Assembly: GCA_049974095.1 (NCBI GenBank) | Contig: JBMFJD010000001.1 | Location: forward strand, 81,508 to 113,507 | DNA: 32,000 bases | DNA from: Nanopusillaceae archaeon | Lineage (GTDB): Archaea > Nanobdellota > Nanobdellia > Nanobdellales > Nanobdellaceae | Direction of reading: 5' to 3' | Part shown: one piece after another, positions 8,286 through 17,860 of the stretch | How positions within the stretch are numbered: position 1 is the stretch's first letter | Layout of the letters: every line of letters begins with the position of its first letter | The notes under the pieces: generated by a model | What the model saw: only the letters and a program-made list of their open reading frames with translations | The model's database searches: none | What the model was told of the DNA's origin: nothing | Position numbers and translations under genes: made by a program

Positions 8286-10142
8286 TTAATCTAATCTAAT
8301 TATATCTCCCATTTTTGGTGCATATGAAAATATTCCAAATCTTCTATATATACTTTCAGATAGTTCAAATGGCTTTGGTAATTCTCCATGTACTACAAAA
8401 ACCTGCTTTGGTTTCGGTCTTAAATATTTAATAAAAGACATAATTTCAAATTTATCAGCATGACCAGAAAATCCTTCATATTTATTTATTTTTAATTTTA
8501 CATTTATCTTTCTATCATTTATTGTTATTTCTCTTTCTCCTTCTAATAATCTTCTTCCTAAAGTTCCTTGAGCCTGATAAGATACTAATGCTAATAAATT
8601 CTTTTCATCTTCTGCAGCATAAGAGAAATAATCAATTATAGGTCCTCCTTGCATCATTCCAGATGTTGCAATTATAATAGATGGCTCTTTTGATTCAACA
8701 ATTTGCTCTCTTTCCTTACTACTTGCTCTAATCACATTTTCTCTTTCAAATGGATTATCTTTTAATTCAATTTTTTGTCTTAATTCTTCATTTAAAAATT
8801 CTGGATATGCTGTATGAATCATAGATGTTTCCCATACAATTCCTTCTAAATATATATTTACTTTTGGCAGTAAATTATTATCCATTGCATTCAATAATGT
8901 TAATAACACATCCTGGCCTCTTCCAACAGCTAAAACAGGTATTAATACTTTTCCTCCTTTTTCCAATGTCTCTTTTACATCATGTATAAATAATGATTCA
9001 GTTTCTTCTCTTGATGGATGTTTATCATTATTTCCTCCATATGTGCTTTCAACAATAAATGTTTCTATTCTTTGATATCTTGTATTTGGTCTATTTAATA
9101 ATTTTGTTTGATTAAATTTAAAATCTCCGGTATATAAAATATTATGTTTTCCTTCAATATTTATATGAACCATTGCAGATCCAATAATATGATTTGCATT
9201 ATGTAATGATATTTTTACGTCATTTGTAATATCTGTTACTTCTCCATAATTTAATGTAATAGAATGTTTCAAAAATTCCTTTATTTCTTTTGTAGTAAAT
9301 AAAGAAGTTTTTCCTTGTTTATTACTTACCTTTAAATAATCTAATAAAACAAGTGCAGCAATATCTCTTGTTGGTTCTGTTAAATATACAGGACCTTTCC
9401 ATCCAACTCTAAATAAATATGGTAAAAATCCTACATGATCTAAATGAGCATGAGATATTATAACAGCATCCAAATTTTGTATATCAAATTCTGGAATATT
9501 TAAAAAAGGATATCTATCTTCAGAATAATTTCCTACTCCAAGACCACAATCAATTAATATATTACTTTCTTTTGTTTGTAACAAAAATGAAGATCTTCCA
9601 ACCTCTCTTCCAGCACCTAAAAACATTATCCTATAATGATTTAATTTTTCAGGTTTCTTTTCTAATATTTTTTCTCCTACTAGATTTAAAAATTCAGATT
9701 TATACAATGAATTTTTATGTAAATATGCTCTAACAACATTTATTATTTTTGAGGATTTTAATGGAGCCCTTTGTATATATATATTACATAATGTTTCTTC
9801 TCTCAATTTATTTATTAAATTTATATCAATTTTTTCTGGTTCATAAGTTTCAATAAATAATACAGATCTATGTTTTTCTAAGTATATATCTTTTATTTTT
9901 ATTCCTTCTAATAATCTCTTAGCTTTTTCTTTTATTTCTTCCTCATTTCCAATCAATTTTGGATCCATTCTGATCTCTATTCTTTTCTTATATTTTTGAG
10001 CAAGATTTTTTCCAATTTCAATTCCTTTTAAAAATATATCTCTATTTCTTACATATATTATAATCTTAGCTCCCTCAAAATTTATTTTGCTAACTTCCTC
10101 TTCCTTGAATTCTTTTAATATTTCTTCCTTAATATTCATCAT
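8286..10142 (-). CDS. fttA: aCPSF1/FttA: KH-domain plus metallo-beta-lactamase/beta-CASP ribonuclease (archaeal transcription termination factor)
   Basis: N-terminal KH-like repeats, MBL motif ISHAHLDHVG, downstream beta-CASP region and C-terminal SGHAD / VHGE motifs. Length 618 aa is typical. Confidence 0.9.
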   Translation of the reverse strand: MMNIKEEILKEFKEEEVSKINFEGAKIIIYVRNRDIFLKGIEIGKNLAQKYKKRIEIRMDPKLIGNEEEIKEKAKRLLEGIKIKDIYLEKHRSVLFIETYEPEKIDINLINKLREETLCNIYIQRAPLKSSKIINVVRAYLHKNSLYKSEFLNLVGEKILEKKPEKLNHYRIMFLGAGREVGRSSFLLQTKESNILIDCGLGVGNYSEDRYPFLNIPEFDIQNLDAVIISHAHLDHVGFLPYLFRVGWKGPVYLTEPTRDIAALVLLDYLKVSNKQGKTSLFTTKEIKEFLKHSITLNYGEVTDITNDVKISLHNANHIIGSAMVHINIEGKHNILYTGDFKFNQTKLLNRPNTRYQRIETFIVESTYGGNNDKHPSREETESLFIHDVKETLEKGGKVLIPVLAVGRGQDVLLTLLNAMDNNLLPKVNIYLEGIVWETSMIHTAYPEFLNEELRQKIELKDNPFERENVIRASSKEREQIVESKEPSIIIATSGMMQGGPIIDYFSYAAEDEKNLLALVSYQAQGTLGRRLLEGEREITINDRKINVKLKINKYEGFSGHADKFEIMSFIKYLRPKPKQVFVVHGELPKPFELSESIYRRFGIFSYAPKMGDIIRLD

Positions 10143-10173
10143 AAAGATTTTTCAATTAAATAATATTAAAAAA

Positions 10174-10791
10174 TTATTTTTGTTTAATTTCTTCTTTTAT
10201 TTCGTATATTTCTTTTTCTAAACCTTTATCAGTTAATACCCAAATTTCAACACCATATCCAGATCCCAAATCTCTTTTAATTGCAGATAATACTGCTTTT
10301 TTTGCTAATTCTTTTGCTTCCTCTTCATTCATATTTTCTTTATATTCAGATTCTAAAACTCCTAAAGCAAATGGCATTCCAGATCCTGTTGCAATGAAAT
10401 CATCAAATTTTTCCAATCCACCAGCTTCATCAATTGAATATATATTATATCCATCTTCATCTTTTCCAGCAATTATAACTTCTGTAAAAAATGGGAACCA
10501 TTTATAGTAGTTCATTAATGTAGCAAGTAAATTTGCAGCTTCTTCAGCAGTAGCATCAATTTTAGATTTTAATTTCTTCAATTTTAAATTTGTTTGTAAA
10601 AATTTTACTAATGTTTCAATATCTCCTACTAATCCTGCAGCACCCATTATTATTTTATCTGTTATTTCATGTAATTTCTTTGTTTTCTTATGATATACCA
10701 TAAATCCTGCTGTTGTCTGTCTATCGGAAGCTAATACAATACCATCTTTAAATTTAATTGCAACGATTGTTGTTCCAGAATTTTCAGTCAT
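10174..10791 (-). CDS. psmB: Proteasome beta subunit
   Basis: Short propeptide MTENSG followed by the catalytic Thr in TTIVAIKFKDGIVLASDRQTT. GSG motif present. Confidence 0.92.
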   Translation of the reverse strand: MTENSGTTIVAIKFKDGIVLASDRQTTAGFMVYHKKTKKLHEITDKIIMGAAGLVGDIETLVKFLQTNLKLKKLKSKIDATAEEAANLLATLMNYYKWFPFFTEVIIAGKDEDGYNIYSIDEAGGLEKFDDFIATGSGMPFALGVLESEYKENMNEEEAKELAKKAVLSAIKRDLGSGYGVEIWVLTDKGLEKEIYEIKEEIKQK

Positions 10792-10820
10792 AGAAATAAT
10801 ATAGACAATATATTTATAAG

Positions 10821-11399
10821 CTATTTTTTTGCATATTTACTTATTACTTTTTCTTGGAAATCTAATATTACCTTATTTATACTTTCATATATTTCTTTAA
10901 TACTTCTTCCAACTCCTTTCAATCCTGCGCAAACAAATTTTCCATTTTTAAATACATTGAATTTTACTTCATAATCTTGGGAAATTTTATATGGTACTAT
11001 AACTGCTGGAAATGCTTCTGGATTATATAATGAACTTTCAACTTCATCAGATAATTTTACTATATCTATATTATCATAATCAAATTCTCCATTAACAACA
11101 ATATTTTGTAACTTTATTTTATATTCTTGTGGTAGGTTAATTCCAACATCTGCGAATATTTTTCTTAATACCTCAATTACCTCCTCCAATTCATCTATCT
11201 TTTTTAATCCTGCAAAATTAATTGTTCCACTATTAAATATTAATGCTTTTATTTTTCCATCTTTTAATGGTAAGATTAATCCAGGAAATGTTTCTGGATC
11301 ATAAGAAGCATAAGGAATGCTATTTGCTATCTTGTCTAATGGCAATCTCACATTAAAATATATTGTAGCAACAATATTGGAAACATCCCATTTAACCAT
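10821..11399 (-). CDS. tbp: TATA-box binding protein
   Basis: Two imperfect repeats: NIVATIYF...YDPETFPGLILPL and NIVVNGEF...YNPEAFPAVIVPY. 192 aa. Confidence 0.88.
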   Translation of the reverse strand: MVKWDVSNIVATIYFNVRLPLDKIANSIPYASYDPETFPGLILPLKDGKIKALIFNSGTINFAGLKKIDELEEVIEVLRKIFADVGINLPQEYKIKLQNIVVNGEFDYDNIDIVKLSDEVESSLYNPEAFPAVIVPYKISQDYEVKFNVFKNGKFVCAGLKGVGRSIKEIYESINKVILDFQEKVISKYAKK

Positions 11400-11421
11400 T
11401 TTCTATATATTTTAAAAAATT

Positions 11422-14400
11422 TTATAAAATATAAAGCTTATAGAATATATTCATTTCTAATATTTTTTCAGAATTTTCTAAATTATCCTTTGAATCTTTC
11501 AATATTATTATAGTATCTGTATCTCTTTCCAAAGTTTCTTTATAGTTTTTAATTATTTCTAATAATTTATTATCTCCATATATCTCTATTTTTGCTTTTT
11601 GTCCTTTTCTTAATCTATATTCCTTTCTTATATCTTGTAATCTTCTTCTTATTTCTCTATATATCCATTCTTCCTCTAATTCAGGATATGCTTTTATATC
11701 ATACCCTATTTTTATATCCCCTATCTCTGTTCTTATCTCCAAATAATTTTCATTTATATCCTCATATTTTATTTCCTTTACATTTAAATAATCTTTTAGT
11801 AATTCAATAATATCTTTTTCATTTAATAATTTTAGTAATTTATCACTATATTCTTTCTTATATATATATAAAGTCCTTAATGGTTTTCTAATATTTATTT
11901 TTAACTCATTTCTTAATCTTAATGCTCCTTCTACAATTTCCTCAAATATTTTATATTGCTCTTCTATTTCTTCATTTATATATTCTTCCTCAATTTTTGG
12001 TAGATCTTCTAATGTAATTGATTCCTTCTCTAATCCAAATTCTTTTCTTAATCTTTGATAAATATATTCGGAAACAAAAGGTATTATTATAGATCCAGCA
12101 TTTATTATATTAATTAATGATTTATAAATTATAAATAATACTTTTTCAGGTTCTTCTTTTATTCTTTCTCTAGTTGCCTTTATATAAAATCTAGATAATT
12201 TATCTATCATATCCTGTAATATTCTTCCAGCTTTCCAAATATAGAAGTTATCCAATGCATTATATATCTCCTTTTTACTTTTTTCTATGAAATTTAACAT
12301 GTATTTATCTTCCCATCTCAAATTTTCTATCTTTATTTTTGTAGGATTTACATTATAATATTTTGAATATTCAATTAAATATGTAGAAGTATTTAATAAC
12401 ATGTTTATTATTTGATGTTTTACTTTTATATCTTCCCATCTCAATTTTATATCTTCATAAGCTTCTACAATAGTTCCCAAATATAATCTTAAAGTATCTG
12501 CTCCATATTTATTTATTATTTCATATGGAGATATGACATTTCCTAAAGATTTTGACATTTTTCTTCCATATATATCTAAAACATATCCTCCAACATATAC
12601 ATTTCTATATGGTATATCATCATAATATAATTCTCCCATTGCTGCTAATGAATAAAACCAACCCTTTATTTGATCATAGTTTTCTGTTATAAAATCTACA
12701 GGATATGTATCTGTTGCAAATGTAGAAGATCCAGAATCTATCCATACATCTAATATATCTGGAATCCTTTTCATTTCTTCTCCACATATTTCACATTTGA
12801 ATGTAAATTTATCAATAAATGGTCTATGTAAATTATAATTATATAAGAAAATTATTTCATAATCTATTCTTCCATATGTTTTAACATAATATAGATCATT
12901 TAGATTATTTAATATATCATAGTTAAATTTATTTACAATTATAATAGAATTGTTATCATATTTATTAAATATTTCTAATAGTTTTTCTTTACTATTTATC
13001 TCATCTTCATAATATATCTTACTATTGTAATATCTTTTTAATAATTCTTCTGAATAATTTGTAAGTTTTATTACTAATATTATTTTCTTAAATTTAAATC
13101 CTGTCAATTTTTCCAGTTCTTCTACATTTCTTATAAATTTTATATGTCCATTTTTGTCTTTCCATATAGGTAATGGAATTCCCCAATATCTTTGTCTAGA
13201 TATTACCCAATCTGGAGCAGATTTTACAGTATTTTCAAATGCATTTTTTGCAGCATCAGGTATAAAATTAATTTTGGATAAATCTAATAATAATTTTTCC
13301 TTTAATTTATTTATATTTATGAACCATTGATCAGTAGTTCTAATTATTGCTCTTGTTCTACATCTCCAACAAATTGGATAATCGTGTTCATACCATTCAA
13401 AGAATACAATTACTTTTTTCTTTATTAGTTCTTCAATAAATTTATAATCATCAAATTTTGCCCTTAAACCATTGAAAGGTTGTAAATCTCTTATAACACC
13501 TGTTTCATCTGTAGTATTGAATGGTGATACATTATATTTCTTTGCAACTTCATAATCTTCAAATCCACAACCTGGAGCAGAATGTACTAATCCAGTTCCT
13601 TCTTGGGCATTTACATATTCTTTTGATAACCATATTCTAAATATGCTTCCTTCTCTTTCTTTTATTTTATCTAATGTTTCTTTTAATTCATCATAAAATA
13701 CAGGAACATATTCTTTAAATTCCAAATCTTTTCCATCAACTTCTTCAATAATTTTATAATTTATATTTAATTTATTCATTAATCTTTCTAATGCATCCTT
13801 TGCAATTATCCAATATTCATATCCTTCTTCTTTCTTTATTTCCATTTCTAATACTTTATGGTTTTCATAATCTAATGATAATTTTTCAACATATATTTTT
13901 GGTACTTTTACTTTTACATATTTTAATTCAGGATTTACCATAATTCCCAAATTATATACTAAGGTCCATGGTGTAGTAGTCCAAATTATATAATAAGTAT
14001 TTTCCATATCTTTTGCTTTTAATTTTACATAAATTGCATTTCCAAGTTCTTTTTTATACATAGGGTCTTCATATCCTAAATCAATTTCTTGTTTTGATAA
14101 TGTTGTCTGACATCTTGGACACCACCAAATAGGTTTTTTATCTTGATATAAAAATCCTTTTTCATATCCTCTTGTCAAAGCTTCCCATACTTTTTCTATA
14201 TATTCGTTCTTTATTGGTAAATATGGATTATCAATATCTATCCAATGTGCAATATCTTCATATAATTTTGTAAATTCATTCATTGATCCATATGCAAAAT
14301 TAAAGCATTCCTTTATAAAATTTTCAACCCCAACTTTTTCAATTTCTCTTTTATCTTTTAATTTTAATTTTGTCTCTACCTTTTCTTCAATTGGTAATCC

Positions 14401-14649
14401 ATGCATATCAAAGCCTGCCTGATTAGTTATATCAAATCCTTTTTTATGATAATATCTTAATATAATATCTTTTAATACCCTATTATATGCATGTCCCATG
14501 TGTGGAGAACCAGTTGTATATGGAGGTCCTTCTAAAAACACAAATTTTTTATTTCCCCTATTTTTTAAAACCCATTTTTCATATATAAAATTCTCCTTCC
14601 AAAATTTTTTTATTTCTTCTTCAAAATTTCTATTCCAACTATTATTCAT
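11422..14649 (-). CDS. ileS: Isoleucyl-tRNA synthetase
   Basis: GPPYTTGSPHMGH (HIGH-type), KMSKS, IleRS-type CP1 zinc motifs WWCPRCQTTL and PICWRCRTRAI, and the NLHRPFID...DVWIDSGS block. Confidence 0.9.
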   Translation of the reverse strand: MNNSWNRNFEEEIKKFWKENFIYEKWVLKNRGNKKFVFLEGPPYTTGSPHMGHAYNRVLKDIILRYYHKKGFDITNQAGFDMHGLPIEEKVETKLKLKDKREIEKVGVENFIKECFNFAYGSMNEFTKLYEDIAHWIDIDNPYLPIKNEYIEKVWEALTRGYEKGFLYQDKKPIWWCPRCQTTLSKQEIDLGYEDPMYKKELGNAIYVKLKAKDMENTYYIIWTTTPWTLVYNLGIMVNPELKYVKVKVPKIYVEKLSLDYENHKVLEMEIKKEEGYEYWIIAKDALERLMNKLNINYKIIEEVDGKDLEFKEYVPVFYDELKETLDKIKEREGSIFRIWLSKEYVNAQEGTGLVHSAPGCGFEDYEVAKKYNVSPFNTTDETGVIRDLQPFNGLRAKFDDYKFIEELIKKKVIVFFEWYEHDYPICWRCRTRAIIRTTDQWFININKLKEKLLLDLSKINFIPDAAKNAFENTVKSAPDWVISRQRYWGIPLPIWKDKNGHIKFIRNVEELEKLTGFKFKKIILVIKLTNYSEELLKRYYNSKIYYEDEINSKEKLLEIFNKYDNNSIIIVNKFNYDILNNLNDLYYVKTYGRIDYEIIFLYNYNLHRPFIDKFTFKCEICGEEMKRIPDILDVWIDSGSSTFATDTYPVDFITENYDQIKGWFYSLAAMGELYYDDIPYRNVYVGGYVLDIYGRKMSKSLGNVISPYEIINKYGADTLRLYLGTIVEAYEDIKLRWEDIKVKHQIINMLLNTSTYLIEYSKYYNVNPTKIKIENLRWEDKYMLNFIEKSKKEIYNALDNFYIWKAGRILQDMIDKLSRFYIKATRERIKEEPEKVLFIIYKSLINIINAGSIIIPFVSEYIYQRLRKEFGLEKESITLEDLPKIEEEYINEEIEEQYKIFEEIVEGALRLRNELKINIRKPLRTLYIYKKEYSDKLLKLLNEKDIIELLKDYLNVKEIKYEDINENYLEIRTEIGDIKIGYDIKAYPELEEEWIYREIRRRLQDIRKEYRLRKGQKAKIEIYGDNKLLEIIKNYKETLERDTDTIIILKDSKDNLENSEKILEMNIFYKLYIL

Positions 14650-14721
14650 AGATCCGATAGTTATCCATAAGTTTATATTTTTTATGGAAAGATATAAAAA
14701 AGTTTGTTAGAGAAAATAATT

Positions 14722-14895
14722 ATGAAAATAAAAATTGAAGATTTATTGTTTACAATTTTAATGATAGCTATTGGAATTTTAATTTATAAATTAACTTATA
14801 GCAAAACATTGGCATCTTTTCCATTTATAATAATTTTATTTTATTTACTGGAAAATAGAGAAATCTTTTTGAGGAAAAAAGAAGAAAAAATATAA
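14722..14895 (+). CDS. Small two-span membrane protein, hypothetical (track start is TTG 14704; ATG 14722 is more likely)
   Basis: MKIKIEDLLFTILMIAIGILIYKL...FPFIIILFYLL has two hydrophobic segments. TATA-like agatataaaaa lies about 30 nt upstream of ATG 14722. No recognisable family. Confidence 0.3.
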   Translation: MKIKIEDLLFTILMIAIGILIYKLTYSKTLASFPFIIILFYLLENREIFLRKKEEKI

Positions 14896-14917
14896 ATTTT
14901 ATTATTATGTTATATTA

Positions 14918-15859
14918 ATGGCTGAAGAAAAAAATGAGAAAAAGGAGAAAGAAATTAAAAAATCATCTGAAGAAAAAAATGAAAAATCTATGGAATTTGA
15001 TATAAAAACGTCAATAATTGTAGGATCTATTATAATTGCAGCAGCAGTAATAGCAGGATCTTTTATAATATCAAATTCAATATCTAACATAAAGATAGTG
15101 AATAGTTCTTCTTCATCTCAACAAAATTTATTACAAACATATTTACAAACATTACCACAGGTCTCATTACCAAATATAACAAATATAGATCCTGTATATG
15201 GAAATCCAAGTAGTACAAATGTTGTAGTATATGAATATAGTGATTATGCATGCCCCTATTGTGATCTATTCTATTTACAAACATTTGGACAAATAGAGCA
15301 AAATTATATTGATACAGGAAAAATTTCCTGGGTATATATAGTATTTCCATTATATACAATTCATCCATATGCAAATATAACGTCGCAATATTTAGCATGT
15401 GTATATGAATTATATGGATTTAATACATGGGAGGAATTTGCAAATTGGTCTTTGTATAATCAAATGCAAGGAATATCATGGGATTCTTTCCAAAATCAAA
15501 CAGCAGTATATGATGCATTTAATCAAGAGGCACAATCATTAGGATTAGATGTAAATAAAATAGATCAATGTGTAAATAATATGCAATACTATAATGATAT
15601 ATATAATCAAGAGATTTATTCAGCAAACACATATGGAGTTGATGCAACACCATCATTTATAGTTGCAGTAAAAACATCAAGTATAAATTATCAACAAGTA
15701 CAGCAAGTAGAAAGTGTATTAAATCAATTAAGATCTTATGGATTAAGTTATAATGTATTTACTACACCAGACTATCAATATATAATGTTTGAATTTGCAG
15801 GAGCACTACCATATAATTATTTCAACCAAATATTTCAACCATTAACAGGAAATAGCTAA
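14918..15859 (+). CDS. Membrane-anchored DsbA-like thioredoxin-fold thiol:disulfide oxidoreductase (CPYC active site)
   Basis: K/E-rich N-terminal tail and one TM (IIVGSIIIAAAVIAGSFII). The ectodomain carries GNPSSTNVVVYEYSDYACPYCDLFY, typical of DsbA-family Thioredoxin_4 proteins, and a late ATPSFIV cis-Pro-like loop. Confidence 0.8.
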   Translation: MAEEKNEKKEKEIKKSSEEKNEKSMEFDIKTSIIVGSIIIAAAVIAGSFIISNSISNIKIVNSSSSSQQNLLQTYLQTLPQVSLPNITNIDPVYGNPSSTNVVVYEYSDYACPYCDLFYLQTFGQIEQNYIDTGKISWVYIVFPLYTIHPYANITSQYLACVYELYGFNTWEEFANWSLYNQMQGISWDSFQNQTAVYDAFNQEAQSLGLDVNKIDQCVNNMQYYNDIYNQEIYSANTYGVDATPSFIVAVKTSSINYQQVQQVESVLNQLRSYGLSYNVFTTPDYQYIMFEFAGALPYNYFNQIFQPLTGNS

Positions 15860-15863
15860 ATTA

Positions 15864-15876
15864 TTTTTTATTTTTT
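15864..15876. terminator. Twin T6 tracts between convergent DsbA-like and membrane-protein genes
   Basis: tttttt-a-tttttt directly after the DsbA-like stop (15857-15859), reaching the stop codon (15875-15877) of the convergent minus-strand gene and overlapping its first two bases. The minus strand reads an A-run here, so these tracts serve as oligo-T only for the plus-strand gene. Confidence 0.3.
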
Positions 15877-16364
15877 ATGAAGGAGAAATTAGATGCAAAT
15901 ATACAGAATACAATCCTATAAATAAGGATATTGCTCCAGAAATTATTAAGGATATTAATAATAAATAATATATTAGTTTATTTTCTCTTCCTTTATATAA
16001 ATTCATAAATAAAGGGCAAACAAATATTGAAGATAATCCTGTAAATAAATATAATAAGAAAAATATTAATGGGGTTTTAGTTAAGTTTAAAATATATCCA
16101 TAAATTTCATAAATTATTGTTATAATTCCAAATAATAAAGATATAAATACAAAATATATTAAATCTCTAAAATGTTAAGAATAATAAACCTGCTATTGGA
16201 TATAAATCATAAAATAATATATTATAAGGACCTGGTAATGTCCATGTAAATAAGGAATACAATCCTGTAATTAACATAAATAATCCTAAAATGATAAATA
16301 TTATGCTTCCTTCTTTCTCAAAAGACCTTTTATTAATTATTAAAAAATATGTTGTATATAACAA
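15875..16364 (-). pseudogene. Polytopic membrane protein gene interrupted by a +1 frame change at TTT-TAG (frameshifted gene, homopolymer error, or recoding)
   Basis: The track ORF 16167..16364 ends ...PIAGLLFLTF-TAG. I translated the +1 frame codon by codon and it stays open from 16174 to stop 15875-15877. It encodes TM-like sequence (DLIYFVFISLLFGIITIIYEIYGYILNLTKTPLIFFLLYLFTGLSSIFVCPLF...) with no ATG/GTG/TTG before the late Met codon at 16004-16006. Confidence 0.45.
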
Positions 16365-16435
16365 AGAAAGCCAAAAACAATTAGTTGATTTGTTAAAATA
16401 TCTATAAATACTATATATTATTTTTGGTCCAAATA

Positions 16436-16444
16436 CTATATAAA
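16436..16444 (+). promoter_or_regulatory. TATA box for aEF-1alpha (leaderless spacing)
   Basis: ctatataaa begins 32 nt upstream of ATG 16468. No Shine-Dalgarno-like purine run in between. Confidence 0.4.
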
Positions 16445-16467
16445 TTTTTTTATAAATATATCTTTAA

Positions 16468-17799
16468 ATGGCAAGGCAGAAGCCACACTTAAATCTAGTA
16501 GTAGTAGGGCATGTAAACAATGGAAAATCAACATTAGTAGGTAGGTTAATGGTATCATTGGAATTAGTAGACCAAAAGACATTAGGGGAATTAAAGAAAT
16601 TGGCAAAAGATCTTGGATTTGAGAATGAATATCTAGCATATCTATTAGATAAATCATTAGAGGAGAGAAAGAAAGGATTAACAATAGATATTGCAGCAAT
16701 AAAAATACCAACAAAGAAATATGAGATAACATTCTTAGATGCTCCAGGACACAGAGACTTTATTAAAAATATGATTACAGGTTCTGCACAATCAGATGCA
16801 GGAATTTTAGTTGTATCTGCATCAAAAGGTGAAACAGAACCAGGAATAGGACCAGAAGGACAAGGAAGAGAGCACTTATTATTATTAAGGACATTGGGAA
16901 TTCCACAAATAATTGTTGTAATTTCAAAAATGGATACAGTAAATTATGATCAAAAGAGATTTGAAGAAGTAAAAAATATGGTATTACAATTAGCAAAACA
17001 AATGGGATATTCAGAAAAAAATATTAAAGCAATAGTTCCAGCAGCAGCATTTAATGATGATGAAAATATAACAAAGAAATCACCAAATATGCCATGGTAT
17101 AATGGTCCAACATTATTAGAAGCATTAGATTTATTAGATGAACCACCAAGATTAGAAGATAAACCATTAAGAATTCCAATTAGTGAAATATATAATATAA
17201 AAGGAGTTGGATTAGTACCCGCAGGAAAAGTAGAATCTGGAAGATTAAAATCAGGAGATAGAGTAATATTCTTACCATCTAGAAAACCAAGTGGTGTTGT
17301 AGGTGAAGTAAAATCAATTGAAATGCATCATGAAAAATTAGATGAAGCATTACCAGGAGATAACATTGGATTTAATGTAAAAGGTCCAGAATCTGGAGAT
17401 ATAGGAAGAGGAGATGTAGCAGGAAAATTGGGAGAACCATTACCAAAAATAGCAGAAGAATTTACAGCAAGAGTATATATATTATATCACCCATCTGCAA
17501 TATCTGTAGGATATACACCAGTAATACATATACATACAGCTGCTGTATCATGTAAAGTAGTGGAAATTGTATCAAAGTTAGATCCTAGAACTGGACAAGA
17601 AGTAGAAAAGAATCCACAATATTTGAAAACAGGAGATGCTGCAATAATAAGATTTGTACCAACAAAATCATTAGTAATAGAAAGATATCAAGACTTTCCA
17701 AATACATCATTAGGAAGATTTGCAATTAGAGATATGAATAAAACAATAGGAGCAGGACAGATATTAGAAGTAAAGGAAAAGAAAATAGAACTCAAATAA
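16468..17799 (+). CDS. tuf: Translation elongation factor aEF-1alpha
   Basis: G1 GHVNNGKST, G3 DAPGHRDF, G4 SKMD. EERKKGLTIDIA and NMITGSAQSDAGILVVSA blocks, plus beta-barrel domains II/III. 443 aa. Confidence 0.93.
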   Translation: MARQKPHLNLVVVGHVNNGKSTLVGRLMVSLELVDQKTLGELKKLAKDLGFENEYLAYLLDKSLEERKKGLTIDIAAIKIPTKKYEITFLDAPGHRDFIKNMITGSAQSDAGILVVSASKGETEPGIGPEGQGREHLLLLRTLGIPQIIVVISKMDTVNYDQKRFEEVKNMVLQLAKQMGYSEKNIKAIVPAAAFNDDENITKKSPNMPWYNGPTLLEALDLLDEPPRLEDKPLRIPISEIYNIKGVGLVPAGKVESGRLKSGDRVIFLPSRKPSGVVGEVKSIEMHHEKLDEALPGDNIGFNVKGPESGDIGRGDVAGKLGEPLPKIAEEFTARVYILYHPSAISVGYTPVIHIHTAAVSCKVVEIVSKLDPRTGQEVEKNPQYLKTGDAAIIRFVPTKSLVIERYQDFPNTSLGRFAIRDMNKTIGAGQILEVKEKKIELK

Positions 17800-17813
17800 T
17801 TTTTTTAATTTTT
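17800..17813 (+). terminator. Oligo-T terminator after aEF-1alpha
   Basis: T7 run immediately after the TAA (17797-17799), followed by a second T-rich run. Archaeal intrinsic termination uses oligo-T tracts. Confidence 0.35.
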
Positions 17814-17860
17814 AATTTAATACTGTTTTTCTTGTAATCTTTTATTATTAAAAATATTTA

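Noticed and set aside
14918-14989. Whether the K/E-rich first 24 codons of the DsbA-like gene are real, or the gene starts at Met-25 (MEFDIKT...)
   Set aside because: A TATA-like aaatataaatttt lies about 30 nt upstream of ATG 14918, matching the leaderless spacing seen elsewhere. I kept the longer call but the start remains uncertain.
14905-16996. Track ORFs 14905..15090(-), 15084..15398(-), 16436..16732(-), 16775..16996(-)
   Set aside because: They are antisense to the DsbA-like gene and aEF-1alpha. Composition is atypical and no independent support exists.
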